Part shown: positions 41,337 to 49,966 of the stretch, one piece after another
How the letters are laid out: the number at the start of each line of letters is the position of its first letter
How positions within the stretch are numbered: position 1 is the first letter of the stretch
From: Escherichia virus TH57
Sequence record: MT446422.1
Reading direction: 5' to 3' (one strand)
Length of the DNA: 64,000 nt
The notes under the pieces: generated by a model
The model's input: only the letters and a program-made list of their open reading frames with translations
What the model was told of the DNA's origin: nothing
Database searches by the model: none
Position numbers and translations under genes: made by a program

Positions 41337-42311
41337 ATGTTTAATATTAAAGCTTTATCCAAATTTGACCAAAACCAGGTAGTTTCTCTTTATAAAACTG
41401 GTAATTATACCCAACAGGAACTAGCAGATAATTTCGGTGTATCGGTTGACACCATTCGCCGTGTTTTGAAAAATGATAAAGAATCAAAATTATCTAAAAC
41501 CATTTCTGCATCACTGAAAGCAGCTGTTGGTGTGGCGATTAATGCTCCGGTGACAGTAACGGTTGAAGTCCCGGTTGTTGAAGATACAATCGGCGGGAGC
41601 CGCCCGGAAATCGTATGGAATGCATCAAGCAAATTCGTTTCCATCACCGAAGGTCGTACGGTCTGGAACGCAACAAAAGACCATAAACACTTTAATGATA
41701 TTATTCAGGCATTGATTGAATCTCGTTTTGATGATGCTATCGAGTTTATCTCAATCAAAGCTGCAGTACAAAAATATGTGAAAGGCGATGTGCGTATTGA
41801 AGGTGGTAGTTTGTTCTATCAGGGAATTGAACTGCGCTCTGGCCTGGTTACTCGTATCATTGATTCAATGCAAAATGGCGAAGACTTTGAATTCTATCTG
41901 CCGTTCCTTGAGAATCTCCTTGAGAACCCGAGTGAGAAAGCTGTACAGCGTTTGTTTGACTTCCTGGTTGCAAACGATATCGAAATCACCGAAGATGGCC
42001 ATTTCATCGCCTGGAAAATGGTTCGTTCAACCTACAAAGATTGCCACTCAAACACATTCGACAACAGCCCTGGCCAATATGTTAAAATGCCGCGCTCTCG
42101 TGTGAATGACAATGACGAACAGACCTGTTCAACTGGGCTGCACGTTTGTTCTAAAGGTTATATCGGAAGTGGCTTTGGTCATGGTGATGGGCGCATCGTA
42201 TCCTGTAAAGTTCACCCGCGCGATGTTGTAAGCATCCCGGTGGATTATAATGATTCCAAAATGAGGGTATGTGGTTATCTGGTCCTTGATGATGTAACTG
42301 AACAATTCTAA
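41337..42311 (+). CDS. rIIB: rIIB protein
   Basis: 324 aa (T4 312 aa), immediately after rIIA. Assignment by synteny and size. Confidence 0.8.
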   Translation: MFNIKALSKFDQNQVVSLYKTGNYTQQELADNFGVSVDTIRRVLKNDKESKLSKTISASLKAAVGVAINAPVTVTVEVPVVEDTIGGSRPEIVWNASSKFVSITEGRTVWNATKDHKHFNDIIQALIESRFDDAIEFISIKAAVQKYVKGDVRIEGGSLFYQGIELRSGLVTRIIDSMQNGEDFEFYLPFLENLLENPSEKAVQRLFDFLVANDIEITEDGHFIAWKMVRSTYKDCHSNTFDNSPGQYVKMPRSRVNDNDEQTCSTGLHVCSKGYIGSGFGHGDGRIVSCKVHPRDVVSIPVDYNDSKMRVCGYLVLDDVTEQF

Positions 42312-42318
42312 ATGAATC

Positions 42319-42332
42319 GGGGCTTCGGCCCC
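42319..42332 (+). other. GC hairpin after rIIB (no U-run)
   Basis: GGGGC-TTCG-GCCCC. Confidence 0.5.
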
Positions 42333-42344
42333 TAATGAGGCTTT

Positions 42345-42542
42345 ATGTTAGGTTTCCAAGCACGTGTAGTTGAAGAATATGACCAGCTGGTTTTGAAAAT
42401 CAATGCTCTTGAAGAATTTATTAAGGGCGGTGTTTTTGAAACTCTCGATGCTCGTCAACAAGGTCTTTTGATTGCCCAGTTAGATGCAATGGGTGCTTAT
42501 GCTCATGTACTGGCAATTCGTATCTCTTATTTTGGTGAATAA
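42345..42542 (+). CDS. hypothetical protein (65 aa)
   Basis: ORF track. GAGG SD. Confidence 0.55.
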   Translation: MLGFQARVVEEYDQLVLKINALEEFIKGGVFETLDARQQGLLIAQLDAMGAYAHVLAIRISYFGE

Positions 42543-42545
42543 ATT

Positions 42546-42815
42546 ATGATTAAGCATTTCAATGTGTCAGACCGTGACATCAAAGTTTCAAATCTCCGGG
42601 GTCACCATTACGCAGGAATAGTTTACTGTGGCAAGCTCATCAAGCATGAAGGTGATGTTCACTATGGCTGGTTGGAATGTGATGAAGTAGTTGTTGGGGA
42701 ATTCCCTGACCCGGATTCTGATACATTTGATGCTAATGACCGTTTGTATTATGGCGAGCTTCATATCCGGGGAATCGTCGGTATCGATGAGGTAAAAGAT
42801 GATTCAGAAGAGTAA
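42546..42815 (+). CDS. hypothetical protein (89 aa)
   Basis: ORF track. Confidence 0.5.
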   Translation: MIKHFNVSDRDIKVSNLRGHHYAGIVYCGKLIKHEGDVHYGWLECDEVVVGEFPDPDSDTFDANDRLYYGELHIRGIVGIDEVKDDSEE

Positions 42816-43392
42816 AACATGGGAGCATCTGAAAAAGATGCCCTCCTTTCTTTATACAAAGGAAGACTTAACACCTGAATCCCTACAAAAGATTGTAGAC
42901 ACGGCCAGGTATTCATTGCGTAAAGACCCAGGTCAAGACCGTGAGCAAGTCATGCAAAGATGTATGGTGGCTACAATGGCAGAACAAGCTATTGCTAAAT
43001 GGACCTCCGGCTTTTTATGCGGCGGTGATGAAGATTACGATAATCCTTATTCCTTTGCATTTGATGTAGTTTCGAAGGAAGGGGTAAGAATCGAAGTCAA
43101 GACCCACCAGTCTGGTTCCAAATGGATATCCGTGCATACTGGTAGTCAGGGCGATTATCCACATGGTTACGGGATTAATCTTGGTCCTTTTATGCAACAC
43201 AAGCTTGCTGACCTTATGATTATGTTTAATGTAAAAGAGACTATCAAAGGTTATAGATTTAAACCAAAATTCCTTGCTGGGCCTGGGGCTTTTGTTCCTG
43301 AGTCCGGTCTTGTGCAGAAGTCACAAGGGGATGGCTGGTACCTCCGTTCTTGTTCAGAAGAAAAATTCCCCTATCACCGGTTTACAAGCTGA
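42799..43392 (+). CDS. denB: PD-(D/E)xK-like nuclease candidate; positional equivalent of denB (endonuclease IV)
   Basis: 197 aa (T4 DenB 185 aa) between rIIB and ndd. FAFDVVSKEGVRIEVKT looks like a D...ExK nuclease motif. Not confirmed by alignment. Confidence 0.4.
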   Translation: MIQKSKTWEHLKKMPSFLYTKEDLTPESLQKIVDTARYSLRKDPGQDREQVMQRCMVATMAEQAIAKWTSGFLCGGDEDYDNPYSFAFDVVSKEGVRIEVKTHQSGSKWISVHTGSQGDYPHGYGINLGPFMQHKLADLMIMFNVKETIKGYRFKPKFLAGPGAFVPESGLVQKSQGDGWYLRSCSEEKFPYHRFTS

Positions 43393-43404
43393 ACCAACCA
43401 TGTA

Positions 43405-43438
43405 ATAATGTCCTCACACCAACAAATGAGGACATTAT
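43405..43438 (+). promoter_or_regulatory. 12-bp hairpin sequestering the SD of ORF 43440
   Basis: ATAATGTCCTCA 43405-43416 pairs perfectly with TGAGGACATTAT 43427-43438, 10-nt loop. SD GAGGA 43428-43432. ATG 43440. Confidence 0.65.
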
Positions 43439-43439
43439 C

Positions 43440-43715
43440 ATGGACCACGTTACTACTCACAACATTAAACAAATTCTTATTCAAGCACTCAAAAACAACA
43501 ACATCAATTTTCCAACCCATGAAATTTTTGATGTGGTATTCAACGAAGTCCAGGGTCAAGTTGCATATTATGACGTTATCGTTTATCTTTCAGAATTTGA
43601 AGTCTACCACCTGACTGAAATCGCTTTCTATCTCTATCGTGGAACAGCAGATTTTACTGGTGTCGTGAATGCAGTTGGCGCATATAAAGAAGTTAAAGAA
43701 CAAATGCACAATTAA
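43440..43715 (+). CDS. hypothetical protein (91 aa) with hairpin-sequestered SD
   Basis: ATG 43440. Its SD GAGGA (43428-43432) lies in the 3' arm of a 12-bp hairpin. Confidence 0.5.
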   Translation: MDHVTTHNIKQILIQALKNNNINFPTHEIFDVVFNEVQGQVAYYDVIVYLSEFEVYHLTEIAFYLYRGTADFTGVVNAVGAYKEVKEQMHN

Positions 43716-43725
43716 TTAAAAAGTA

Positions 43726-43755
43726 GTGTACATCAGTATGGAGTCTATGTATAAT
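43726..43755 (+). promoter_or_regulatory. early promoter
   Basis: GTGTACA 43726-43732, 17-nt spacer, TATAAT 43750-43755. Leader GATTCCATACTGAGTTA. Confidence 0.65.
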
Positions 43756-43789
43756 GATTCCATACTGAGTTACCAAACTGGAGAATAAA

Positions 43790-43945
43790 ATGAAACCTGC
43801 TCAATATGCAATGACTTTATACCTTGAAGTTAATGGCGATATTACTGAATTTTTTAAATTAATGCAACAGCGTGGAAAAAGTTTTGCAGTTACTGAGCGT
43901 CAATTTTACGCTTGCCGTAAAAATACATACAATCGTTATGCATGA
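43790..43945 (+). CDS. small hypothetical protein (51 aa)
   Basis: Below the track cutoff. GGAGAATAAA-ATG conserved leader. MKPAQYAMTLYLEVNGDITEFFKLMQQRGKSFAVTERQFYACRKNTYNRYA. Confidence 0.5.
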   Translation: MKPAQYAMTLYLEVNGDITEFFKLMQQRGKSFAVTERQFYACRKNTYNRYA

Positions 43946-43955
43946 GGAAAATAAA

Positions 43956-44222
43956 ATGGATATTAAATTATACTACGCCAAACACAAAGTTACAGGTATG
44001 GTTGTTGCCGCTATGTATGATGCGTCAGGTGATGGTGATGATGTTACCACAGAATTGTCTCTTTCTGATTGTAAATTTCTTCGTCCATTGATTGCATCAA
44101 AGGAAGATTTGGAAAAGCTTATTGATGGAAAACTGGATAATGTTGATGGCATAGATATTCTTTATGACCTTCGCACCGCATTGCACAGGGGTCTGATTGA
44201 AATAAAAGAGGTGATATTTTGA
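43956..44222 (+). CDS. hypothetical protein (88 aa)
   Basis: ATG 43956 behind GAGGAAAATAAA. The track start 43872 overlaps the previous ORF. Confidence 0.5.
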   Translation: MDIKLYYAKHKVTGMVVAAMYDASGDGDDVTTELSLSDCKFLRPLIASKEDLEKLIDGKLDNVDGIDILYDLRTALHRGLIEIKEVIF

Positions 44223-44312
44223 GCAGCAAAACCTGGTGTCTTATCTGGATGCTGTGTATCCCAGTAATTTGCGTTTGTTTTAGTTTATTATTAATGAAAC
44301 TTGCATAAAAGA

Positions 44313-44341
44313 GTGTACATCTCCGGTGGTTGTAGTATAAT
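44313..44341 (+). promoter_or_regulatory. early promoter
   Basis: GTGTACA 44313-44319, 16-nt spacer, TATAAT 44336-44341. Leader CCTATCAACTACTGGAG. Confidence 0.6.
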
Positions 44342-44367
44342 GAACCTATCAACTACTGGAGATGATT

Positions 44368-44484
44368 ATGAAAAAGTTACTTAAAGCCATTTGGAACATG
44401 TTTGTATTGTTTGTTGTCCTGAGCATTTTCCCAATTGTTTTTATGATTGACCATGTGCGCGTTTACTTTAACTATTTCTTTTGA
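44368..44484 (+). CDS. small membrane peptide (38 aa)
   Basis: Below the track cutoff. Conserved leader ...ACTACTGGAGATGATT-ATG. MKKLLKAIWNMFVLFVVLSIFPIVFMIDHVRVYFNYFF. Confidence 0.45.
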   Translation: MKKLLKAIWNMFVLFVVLSIFPIVFMIDHVRVYFNYFF

Positions 44485-44494
44485 GGATAATATT

Positions 44495-44701
44495 ATGAAT
44501 TACAATTCACAATTTCAGAAATCCAATCGTCGCTTTGACTTTATGTTCAAGTTTATTGTGGCGATGATTATCCTGATTTTCATTGGTGCCATTGCAATGA
44601 TTAGTTTCCAGCTCTGGATTGCTGCTGAAGTGTTCACACAAATCCAGGATAATGGTTTGAAGTCTGTTGTTGATGTAATTTGGAATGGAGCTAAGCAATG
44701 A
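44495..44701 (+). CDS. small membrane protein (68 aa)
   Basis: ATG 44495 behind GAGGATAATATT. TM segment FKFIVAMIILIFIGAIAMISFQLWIAA. Confidence 0.5.
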   Translation: MNYNSQFQKSNRRFDFMFKFIVAMIILIFIGAIAMISFQLWIAAEVFTQIQDNGLKSVVDVIWNGAKQ

Positions 44702-44943
44702 AACTTTTTAAAGACATTGCAGTTGGTGAAAAATTTGTCCTGGGTAATGGTCAACAACTGATTCGCATTTCGCCTTTAATGGATAACAGCGAGCGCCCCG
44801 TGCGCACTGAAAACTGTTTGGATTATCCTTTTTATCAGAAGCGTTTTGCAATTGAAAATAATACTGAGTGCTTCACAGTTGATGAACTGATGGAATCATC
44901 AGAAGAAGTTGACTTGTGGGATGGCGCAGTAGACCCTGAATAA
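44698..44943 (+). CDS. hypothetical protein (81 aa)
   Basis: ORF track. ATGA overlap. Confidence 0.5.
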   Translation: MKLFKDIAVGEKFVLGNGQQLIRISPLMDNSERPVRTENCLDYPFYQKRFAIENNTECFTVDELMESSEEVDLWDGAVDPE

Positions 44944-44958
44944 ATTGAGGAAATCATT

Positions 44959-45300
44959 ATGTCTAAATTATTTTTTGGTAATGCCAATGTTATGTTCTTT
45001 AAGAACCTTAGTCTCCAAGATGCAGCTTTATGTAATCAAGGGCAGATTCCAGGGTTACATTTAAAAACTGTAATGAGCACAGATTTTGTTTTTGTTCAAG
45101 ACCCTGATACAGGTTTTTACAGATTTATTAAATTCCGTATGTGCATGGACCCCGACTATCGCAATGCTTACTATGTAAGTTATGAAAATGTTATTAAAGA
45201 ATTACGTAATACCTATGGATATGCTTTGATAAACCTGAATAAGGTGTATAACGCTACTTGTTACACCCCCGAATTTATTTTAGAACAACTTCAAAAATAG
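44959..45300 (+). CDS. hypothetical protein (113 aa)
   Basis: ORF track. GAGGAAATCATT-ATG. Confidence 0.55.
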   Translation: MSKLFFGNANVMFFKNLSLQDAALCNQGQIPGLHLKTVMSTDFVFVQDPDTGFYRFIKFRMCMDPDYRNAYYVSYENVIKELRNTYGYALINLNKVYNATCYTPEFILEQLQK

Positions 45301-45329
45301 TGTACAAACTCATGGGGTCAGAGTATAAT
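45300..45329 (+). promoter_or_regulatory. early promoter (ndd unit)
   Basis: GTGTACA 45300-45306, 17-nt spacer, TATAAT 45324-45329 inside the hairpin GGGGTC/GACCCC 45314-45335. Confidence 0.65.
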
Positions 45330-45373
45330 GACCCCACTGGAGCACAAAACTTTAACTTACTGAGGAAATTAAT

Positions 45374-45823
45374 ATGACTACTTACATGACCCGTCGTGAC
45401 GTACTGAATGCTGGCGCTACCACTGTTGCTCACATCCATAATGGCAATTATGTTGTAGGGCGTCCAACTAAAGAAGCTATCACCCAACCAGGTTTTTATT
45501 TCGTGGTTAAAGGTGAAGGCGAATCACGTATTGTTGCTGCACGTTTTTACGTTGGTAACCAACGTTCACAACAAGGGTTTGACACTGTATTAAGTCACAT
45601 CCGCAAACAGCGTTCACAACTGTCGCGCACAATGGCGAACAATGGTGTTATCTATGAAGTCCTGTTTGTTCCAGTTTCTAAAATGAAACCTTTGACAACT
45701 GGTTATGGTAAAGGTCAAATTGCGATGGCGTTCACACGCTCACATAGTTCTGATTGTCAGACCCTTTCAGAAATGAATCGCATGCTTGCTGATAACTTTA
45801 AATTCATTTTGCAGAGCTATTAA
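45374..45823 (+). CDS. ndd: Nucleoid disruption protein Ndd
   Basis: 149 aa. [31 protein letters not shown]...[20 protein letters not shown]...[16 protein letters not shown] matches recalled T4 Ndd. Confidence 0.88.
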   Translation: MTTYMTRRDVLNAGATTVAHIHNGNYVVGRPTKEAITQPGFYFVVKGEGESRIVAARFYVGNQRSQQGFDTVLSHIRKQRSQLSRTMANNGVIYEVLFVPVSKMKPLTTGYGKGQIAMAFTRSHSSDCQTLSEMNRMLADNFKFILQSY

Positions 45824-45824
45824 T

Positions 45825-45905
45825 ATGAGTAATTTCCATAATGAACATGTGATGCAATGGCATCGTCATAATCTGAAATTAACCGGCGTCTTTGGGCGCC
45901 CTTGA
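45825..45905 (+). CDS. stp: Stp peptide (26 aa; suppressor of T4 polynucleotide kinase/ligase mutants, activator of the PrrC anticodon nuclease)
   Basis: Below the track cutoff. [26 protein letters not shown] versus recalled T4 Stp [26 protein letters not shown]. Directly after ndd, as in T4. Confidence 0.85.
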   Translation: MSNFHNEHVMQWHRHNLKLTGVFGRP

Positions 45906-45912
45906 GGAAAAT

Positions 45913-46068
45913 ATGAATAAATTTGTTTATAGTGTAGCTTTTTTCTGTTGGTCATTTGTATTTGTTGGAACATTATTAACTGGAGAAACTTCAGTATTTT
46001 CACAGGCGATTGCTCAAGGTACCGTAGCGGTTTTATCACTATTTAAATTATTGGATAAAAATGATTAA
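45913..46068 (+). CDS. ac: Ac-position small membrane protein (51 aa, acridine sensitivity locus in T4)
   Basis: Below the track cutoff. GAGGAAAAT-ATG. MNKFVYSVAFFCWSFVFVGTLLTGETSVFSQAIAQGTVAVLSLFKLLDKND. Size and position between stp and 52 as for T4 ac. Confidence 0.55.
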   Translation: MNKFVYSVAFFCWSFVFVGTLLTGETSVFSQAIAQGTVAVLSLFKLLDKND

Positions 46069-46201
46069 GAAAATCTTGGGCTACTCATTAGCCCTTGCTA
46101 CCTTATTGGTGGCGCTGTATTATGGAGTTGTATTTGCATTAGTGCAGGTTGTGCTTTTTATTTCTGATGCTATAATGGCAGTACATTCGTTAATCTGGTA
46201 A
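46061..46201 (+). CDS. small membrane peptide (46 aa)
   Basis: Below the track cutoff. Overlaps the end of ac. MIKKILGYSLALATLLVALYYGVVFALVQVVLFISDAIMAVHSLIW. Confidence 0.45.
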   Translation: MIKKILGYSLALATLLVALYYGVVFALVQVVLFISDAIMAVHSLIW

Positions 46202-46209
46202 GGTGATAT

Positions 46210-47589
46210 ATGTCTGACGTTTTAAGTATGATGTCCAAACAGTTCAGTGATTCCATGGGGTCCCTTAACCCACGCAGTCTAAAAGACATTATTGATGTGG
46301 AAGCATTGTCATATGCTATCTACACTGTGGAAGGTCGTGCCATCCCAAACATGATTGATGGTTTTAAACCAGTTCACAGATTTGTTATGGCGAGAGCATT
46401 AGACCTGGCTCGTGGCGATAAGAATAAATTCCATAAGGTTGCCTCCATTGCAGGTGGCGTAGCTGATTATGGTTATCACCATGGCGAAGCATCAGCGGAA
46501 GAAGCAACTTCTGGTCTGGTCGCAACATATAAAAATGAATACCCCATGTTTGATGGGCAAGGCAACTTTGGTTCCAGAATGGTGCCAGAAGCATCATCAG
46601 CTCGTTATGTATTCGCAAGGGTTTCAAAGAACTTTTATAACTTGTTTAAGGATACAGAATATGCTCCGGTCCATCCTGATGAAGAACATAAGCCTCCTGC
46701 TTTTTATCTTCCTGTTATTCCTACTGTATTACTTAACGCCACTTCTGGGATTGCTGTTGGCTTCGCTACTGATATTCTTCCTCATTCGTTCCAGGACGTC
46801 AAGGAAGCTGTTAAAGCTATCGTGGAAGGTCGTGAGCCGGTTGCTCCGAAAGTAAAATATCCAGAATTCCGTGGTGAAGTTGTTGAGCTGGAAGAGCCTG
46901 GTAAGTATGAGCTTCATGGCACGTACAAAATGACTTCCAGGACTCAAATGGAAATTACTGAAATCCCGGTCCAATGGAACCTGGAAAAGTATACAAGTAA
47001 AATCCTGGACCCACTGGAAGAGAAAGGTTTTATCACCTGGAAAGATAACTGTGGCGAGCATGGTTTTGGGTTTAAGATTAAATTCCGTAAGGAATACAAG
47101 CTGGATGGCACTGAAGAAGAAAATCATGAGAAAATCATGAAAGACTTTGGTCTGATTGAGAAGCTCTCCCAGAACTTAACTGTACTTAATCACAAAGGCA
47201 AATTGGCTGAATACACCAACACGCTTGACCTGATTCGCGATTTCGTTGATGTCCGTAAGACTTATGTCCAAGTGCGAATTGACAGTAAGATTAAAGAAAC
47301 TGAAGCCGCGTTTAAACTGGCCCGAGCAAAAGTCTTCTTTATTAAAGAAGTGATTGATGGTAAGGTTGTTATCCAGGGGAAACCTCGTAAGAAGTTGATT
47401 GAGGAGCTCCAGGCGAGTGAAATATATGGCGATTATGCAGAGAAGTTAGTGGCGATGAACATCTACCATATGACCTCTGATGAAGCCAAGAAGCTTGCAG
47501 ACGAAGCAAAGGCTAAGAAAGCCGAGCATGAGTACTGGAAGACAACTGATGTTAAAACTGAATACCTTAATGATTTGGAGGCTCTATGA
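46210..47589 (+). CDS. 52: DNA topoisomerase II medium subunit gp52
   Basis: 459 aa. GyrA/ParC-like N-terminus (RAIPNMIDGFKPVHRF, HHGE, ARY active-site Tyr context). Confidence 0.93.
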   Translation: MSDVLSMMSKQFSDSMGSLNPRSLKDIIDVEALSYAIYTVEGRAIPNMIDGFKPVHRFVMARALDLARGDKNKFHKVASIAGGVADYGYHHGEASAEEATSGLVATYKNEYPMFDGQGNFGSRMVPEASSARYVFARVSKNFYNLFKDTEYAPVHPDEEHKPPAFYLPVIPTVLLNATSGIAVGFATDILPHSFQDVKEAVKAIVEGREPVAPKVKYPEFRGEVVELEEPGKYELHGTYKMTSRTQMEITEIPVQWNLEKYTSKILDPLEEKGFITWKDNCGEHGFGFKIKFRKEYKLDGTEEENHEKIMKDFGLIEKLSQNLTVLNHKGKLAEYTNTLDLIRDFVDVRKTYVQVRIDSKIKETEAAFKLARAKVFFIKEVIDGKVVIQGKPRKKLIEELQASEIYGDYAEKLVAMNIYHMTSDEAKKLADEAKAKKAEHEYWKTTDVKTEYLNDLEAL

Positions 47590-47684
47590 GTTTTGGAGTT
47601 GAGTTTGCATTGCTTTGTATTTTCGCGGCAATCGCGGGTGTGATTGTTGGTATGTTTATTGGTAATAAGATAGATAAAGACTAG
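47586..47684 (+). CDS. small membrane peptide (32 aa)
   Basis: Below the track cutoff. ATGA overlap with the gene 52 stop. MSFGVEFALLCIFAAIAGVIVGMFIGNKIDKD. A terminator follows. Confidence 0.4.
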   Translation: MSFGVEFALLCIFAAIAGVIVGMFIGNKIDKD

Positions 47685-47706
47685 GGCCCTTCGGGGTCCT
47701 TTTTTA
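47683..47706 (+). terminator. rho-independent terminator after the gene 52 unit
   Basis: AGGGCCC-TTCG-GGGTCCT (one G-U pair) plus T6. Confidence 0.75.
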
Positions 47707-47718
47707 TTTTAAAAAGTA

Positions 47719-47748
47719 GTGTACAAGTCCCTTGACCCGATGCATAAT
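47719..47748 (+). promoter_or_regulatory. early promoter (motA unit)
   Basis: GTGTACA 47719-47725, 17-nt spacer, CATAAT 47743-47748. Leader GATTCCATACTGAGTTA. Confidence 0.6.
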
Positions 47749-47797
47749 GATTCCATACTGAGTTACACACTGAATCATAAAAATTTTGGAGAATAAA

Positions 47798-48013
47798 ATG
47801 TTTACTGCACAACAGAATGAAGGTCAAGAATACATCAACGCCAAATTCAAATCTAACAAAGAAGCTTGTTATTACTACTTTGACATGTTCAAACTGGCAA
47901 ACTCTAAAGAAGAACGTAAACAAGCGATTGATGTTATTGTTTCTACTTCCCATATGAAACGTACTGTGGTACAATCATATGCATCAAATTATATGAAATC
48001 TATTAAGGGATAA
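47798..48013 (+). CDS. hypothetical protein (71 aa), position of T4 motA.1
   Basis: ATG behind the GGAGAATAAA leader of early promoter 47719-47748. Confidence 0.55.
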   Translation: MFTAQQNEGQEYINAKFKSNKEACYYYFDMFKLANSKEERKQAIDVIVSTSHMKRTVVQSYASNYMKSIKG

Positions 48014-48015
48014 TT

Positions 48016-48624
48016 GTGAACAAGTTAAATTATATCGTTAAATGCTCCCAGAACGCCTTACATGAGACTGATGTCAATGCCCTGGTGTTTGTATACAAAA
48101 ACAACTTTGTGCGTCCAGAGGTTGTTTTAAACCAGCAGAACACATCAATTGATAGTGTGCAGACATTGTTGAATAACAACTATGTTGAAGCTTCTGGTGA
48201 TGGTTTGATGGTTACAGAAAAAGGTGTTGACCTTATTCTGGATGCAGCTGAACTTTGGGCAAATGAAAATAATCCTGACCTTCTGGAAGTGAAGAAGACA
48301 AGAACAAAACGCGGTGTGACTGATGAAATGGAAGCGACTGCAGAATATATCAAAGAGCAATTGTTGTCTATTGGTATTGACTTTAAGAGCATTTCAGAAG
48401 ACCGCAGCAATCTGATTGTGAAGTTCAAGCGTGTCAAGACATTAAAACAGATTGATGTACGTCGTGATGGTCAGATTCGCGTGCATGCGTATAATACTGA
48501 ACAAAAGATAGTAAAACAGTTTACAGACGTGGGATTTAGCGTTAAAGTGGGTGGATTAAATACCTACATTGACAACGTTATGTCAACTGAAAACATTCAA
48601 CATGTTATTAACATCTTAAAGTGA
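48016..48624 (+). CDS. motA: Middle-transcription activator MotA
   Basis: 202 aa, GTG start. YIVKCSQNAL..., SGDGLMVTEKG, ...HVINILK parallel recalled T4 MotA (YIIKASNDVL, SGDGLIITGE). Next to 52, as in T4. Confidence 0.85.
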   Translation: MNKLNYIVKCSQNALHETDVNALVFVYKNNFVRPEVVLNQQNTSIDSVQTLLNNNYVEASGDGLMVTEKGVDLILDAAELWANENNPDLLEVKKTRTKRGVTDEMEATAEYIKEQLLSIGIDFKSISEDRSNLIVKFKRVKTLKQIDVRRDGQIRVHAYNTEQKIVKQFTDVGFSVKVGGLNTYIDNVMSTENIQHVINILK

Positions 48625-48634
48625 GGAAATTGTT

Positions 48635-48811
48635 ATGAACATCTATCTGATTAAGTACCTAAAAGATGGTAAAGAACGTGATTACCAAATCCCCGCAAAA
48701 AATGAATATGATGCGTGTGTTCGCCTTGGTCAGATTCATGGTGATGACCGTGAATATCGCAATGATGTTGAAATTGAAATCCAATCTGTAACTTTGAAAG
48801 TGAGAGGCTAA
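48635..48811 (+). CDS. small hypothetical protein (58 aa)
   Basis: Below the track cutoff. GAGGAAATTGTT-ATG. MNIYLIKYLKDGKERDYQIPAKNEYDACVRLGQIHGDDREYRNDVEIEIQSVTLKVRG. Confidence 0.5.
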   Translation: MNIYLIKYLKDGKERDYQIPAKNEYDACVRLGQIHGDDREYRNDVEIEIQSVTLKVRG

Positions 48812-48813
48812 TC

Positions 48814-49146
48814 ATGAATAAGCTGAATATTGTTAATGAATTGCGTGCTTGCGTAGAACCTACTCAAGAGGGTTGGGATGTTTGGTATCATGGCGCTTAC
48901 CTTGGGACTATTGTCAAGGTCAAAGCTGGTCAGTATCTTATTCACCGCCAGGATGATGCAACAGCACCGTTTGGCGTCCGCAAGAACTTCATGGCAGCGA
49001 TTGGCGCCTTTGTTCCAGCAGCATATGAAGTCTATAAAGCTGACTATAAGGAATACCAGGAATCACAACCAGTTATTCGCTCAATTGGTGTCAATAAAGC
49101 TCAACAGAAAAGTCTGTGGCAACGTGTTAAAGGTTGGTTCAAATGA
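48814..49146 (+). CDS. hypothetical protein (110 aa)
   Basis: ORF track. GAGAGG SD. Confidence 0.55.
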   Translation: MNKLNIVNELRACVEPTQEGWDVWYHGAYLGTIVKVKAGQYLIHRQDDATAPFGVRKNFMAAIGAFVPAAYEVYKADYKEYQESQPVIRSIGVNKAQQKSLWQRVKGWFK

Positions 49147-49481
49147 TTCCTATGGAGCTAAATTGGGATGGCGAAGGTCATTCCCTTAAATTGATTGAAG
49201 AGCAACGTAACGCTTGGGATGAGCGTTGTGCCCTGGTGAATGGTATTAAGGTAATTTATAACCTTCATCTCCAAATTGATAATATTCCTCTTGAGTTTGG
49301 TATGCAGTTATCACGTTTTCTTGAGATTATTACTATAGAAAAAGTATCCATAACTTCATTTGGTGTATGTCAAACAGTTGATATCAAATTGGCTTCTTCT
49401 GATAAAGGCGAGTTGATTGGTATTGGTGATAAAATTCATGAATTCGTGAAATATAATGGTTATAAGGTGATTATCAAATGA
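49143..49481 (+). CDS. hypothetical protein (112 aa)
   Basis: ATG 49143 (ATGA overlap). The track start is 49134. Confidence 0.5.
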   Translation: MIPMELNWDGEGHSLKLIEEQRNAWDERCALVNGIKVIYNLHLQIDNIPLEFGMQLSRFLEIITIEKVSITSFGVCQTVDIKLASSDKGELIGIGDKIHEFVKYNGYKVIIK

Positions 49482-49966
49482 ATCCATTAAAAGGTAAAGA
49501 ATTATCTTTTAAAGACCGTATGGCTTTATTGGATAAAGCTCTTTCTCGTGAGACACCTGAAAGTCTAGCGGCTAAATTACAGGCATCCGGTGACTATACA
49601 GAATATACAGAAGAAGATGTTTTAGAAGAAGTCCCAGAAATCTGTTGGCAGATTGCTCATTGGAACAACAATGAAAAATATCAGCGACGAATTGTATGCG
49701 CTGCCAACCGCTTTAGATTAAAAGATGGCGGGACTTTGGTTATTCCTGGCGCCAGACATTATTCAAAAGATATGGCAGAAGTGCTTGACCAGGTAAGTGA
49801 TAAACTTGTATCAGACCATGTTTGTGGTGATAATCAAGGATTCATTGACCAATACAGCAATTACTGGACCCGTGAAGAAGCAATGATTATTGCGACTTAT
49901 GCAAATCAAGTGCGTATTGAACGTGGTGGTAGTGAAAAAGAACTTTACTCTGAGGACCTTTACTAA
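49478..49966 (+). CDS. hypothetical protein (162 aa)
   Basis: ORF track. ATGA overlap. Confidence 0.6.
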   Translation: MNPLKGKELSFKDRMALLDKALSRETPESLAAKLQASGDYTEYTEEDVLEEVPEICWQIAHWNNNEKYQRRIVCAANRFRLKDGGTLVIPGARHYSKDMAEVLDQVSDKLVSDHVCGDNQGFIDQYSNYWTREEAMIIATYANQVRIERGGSEKELYSEDLY

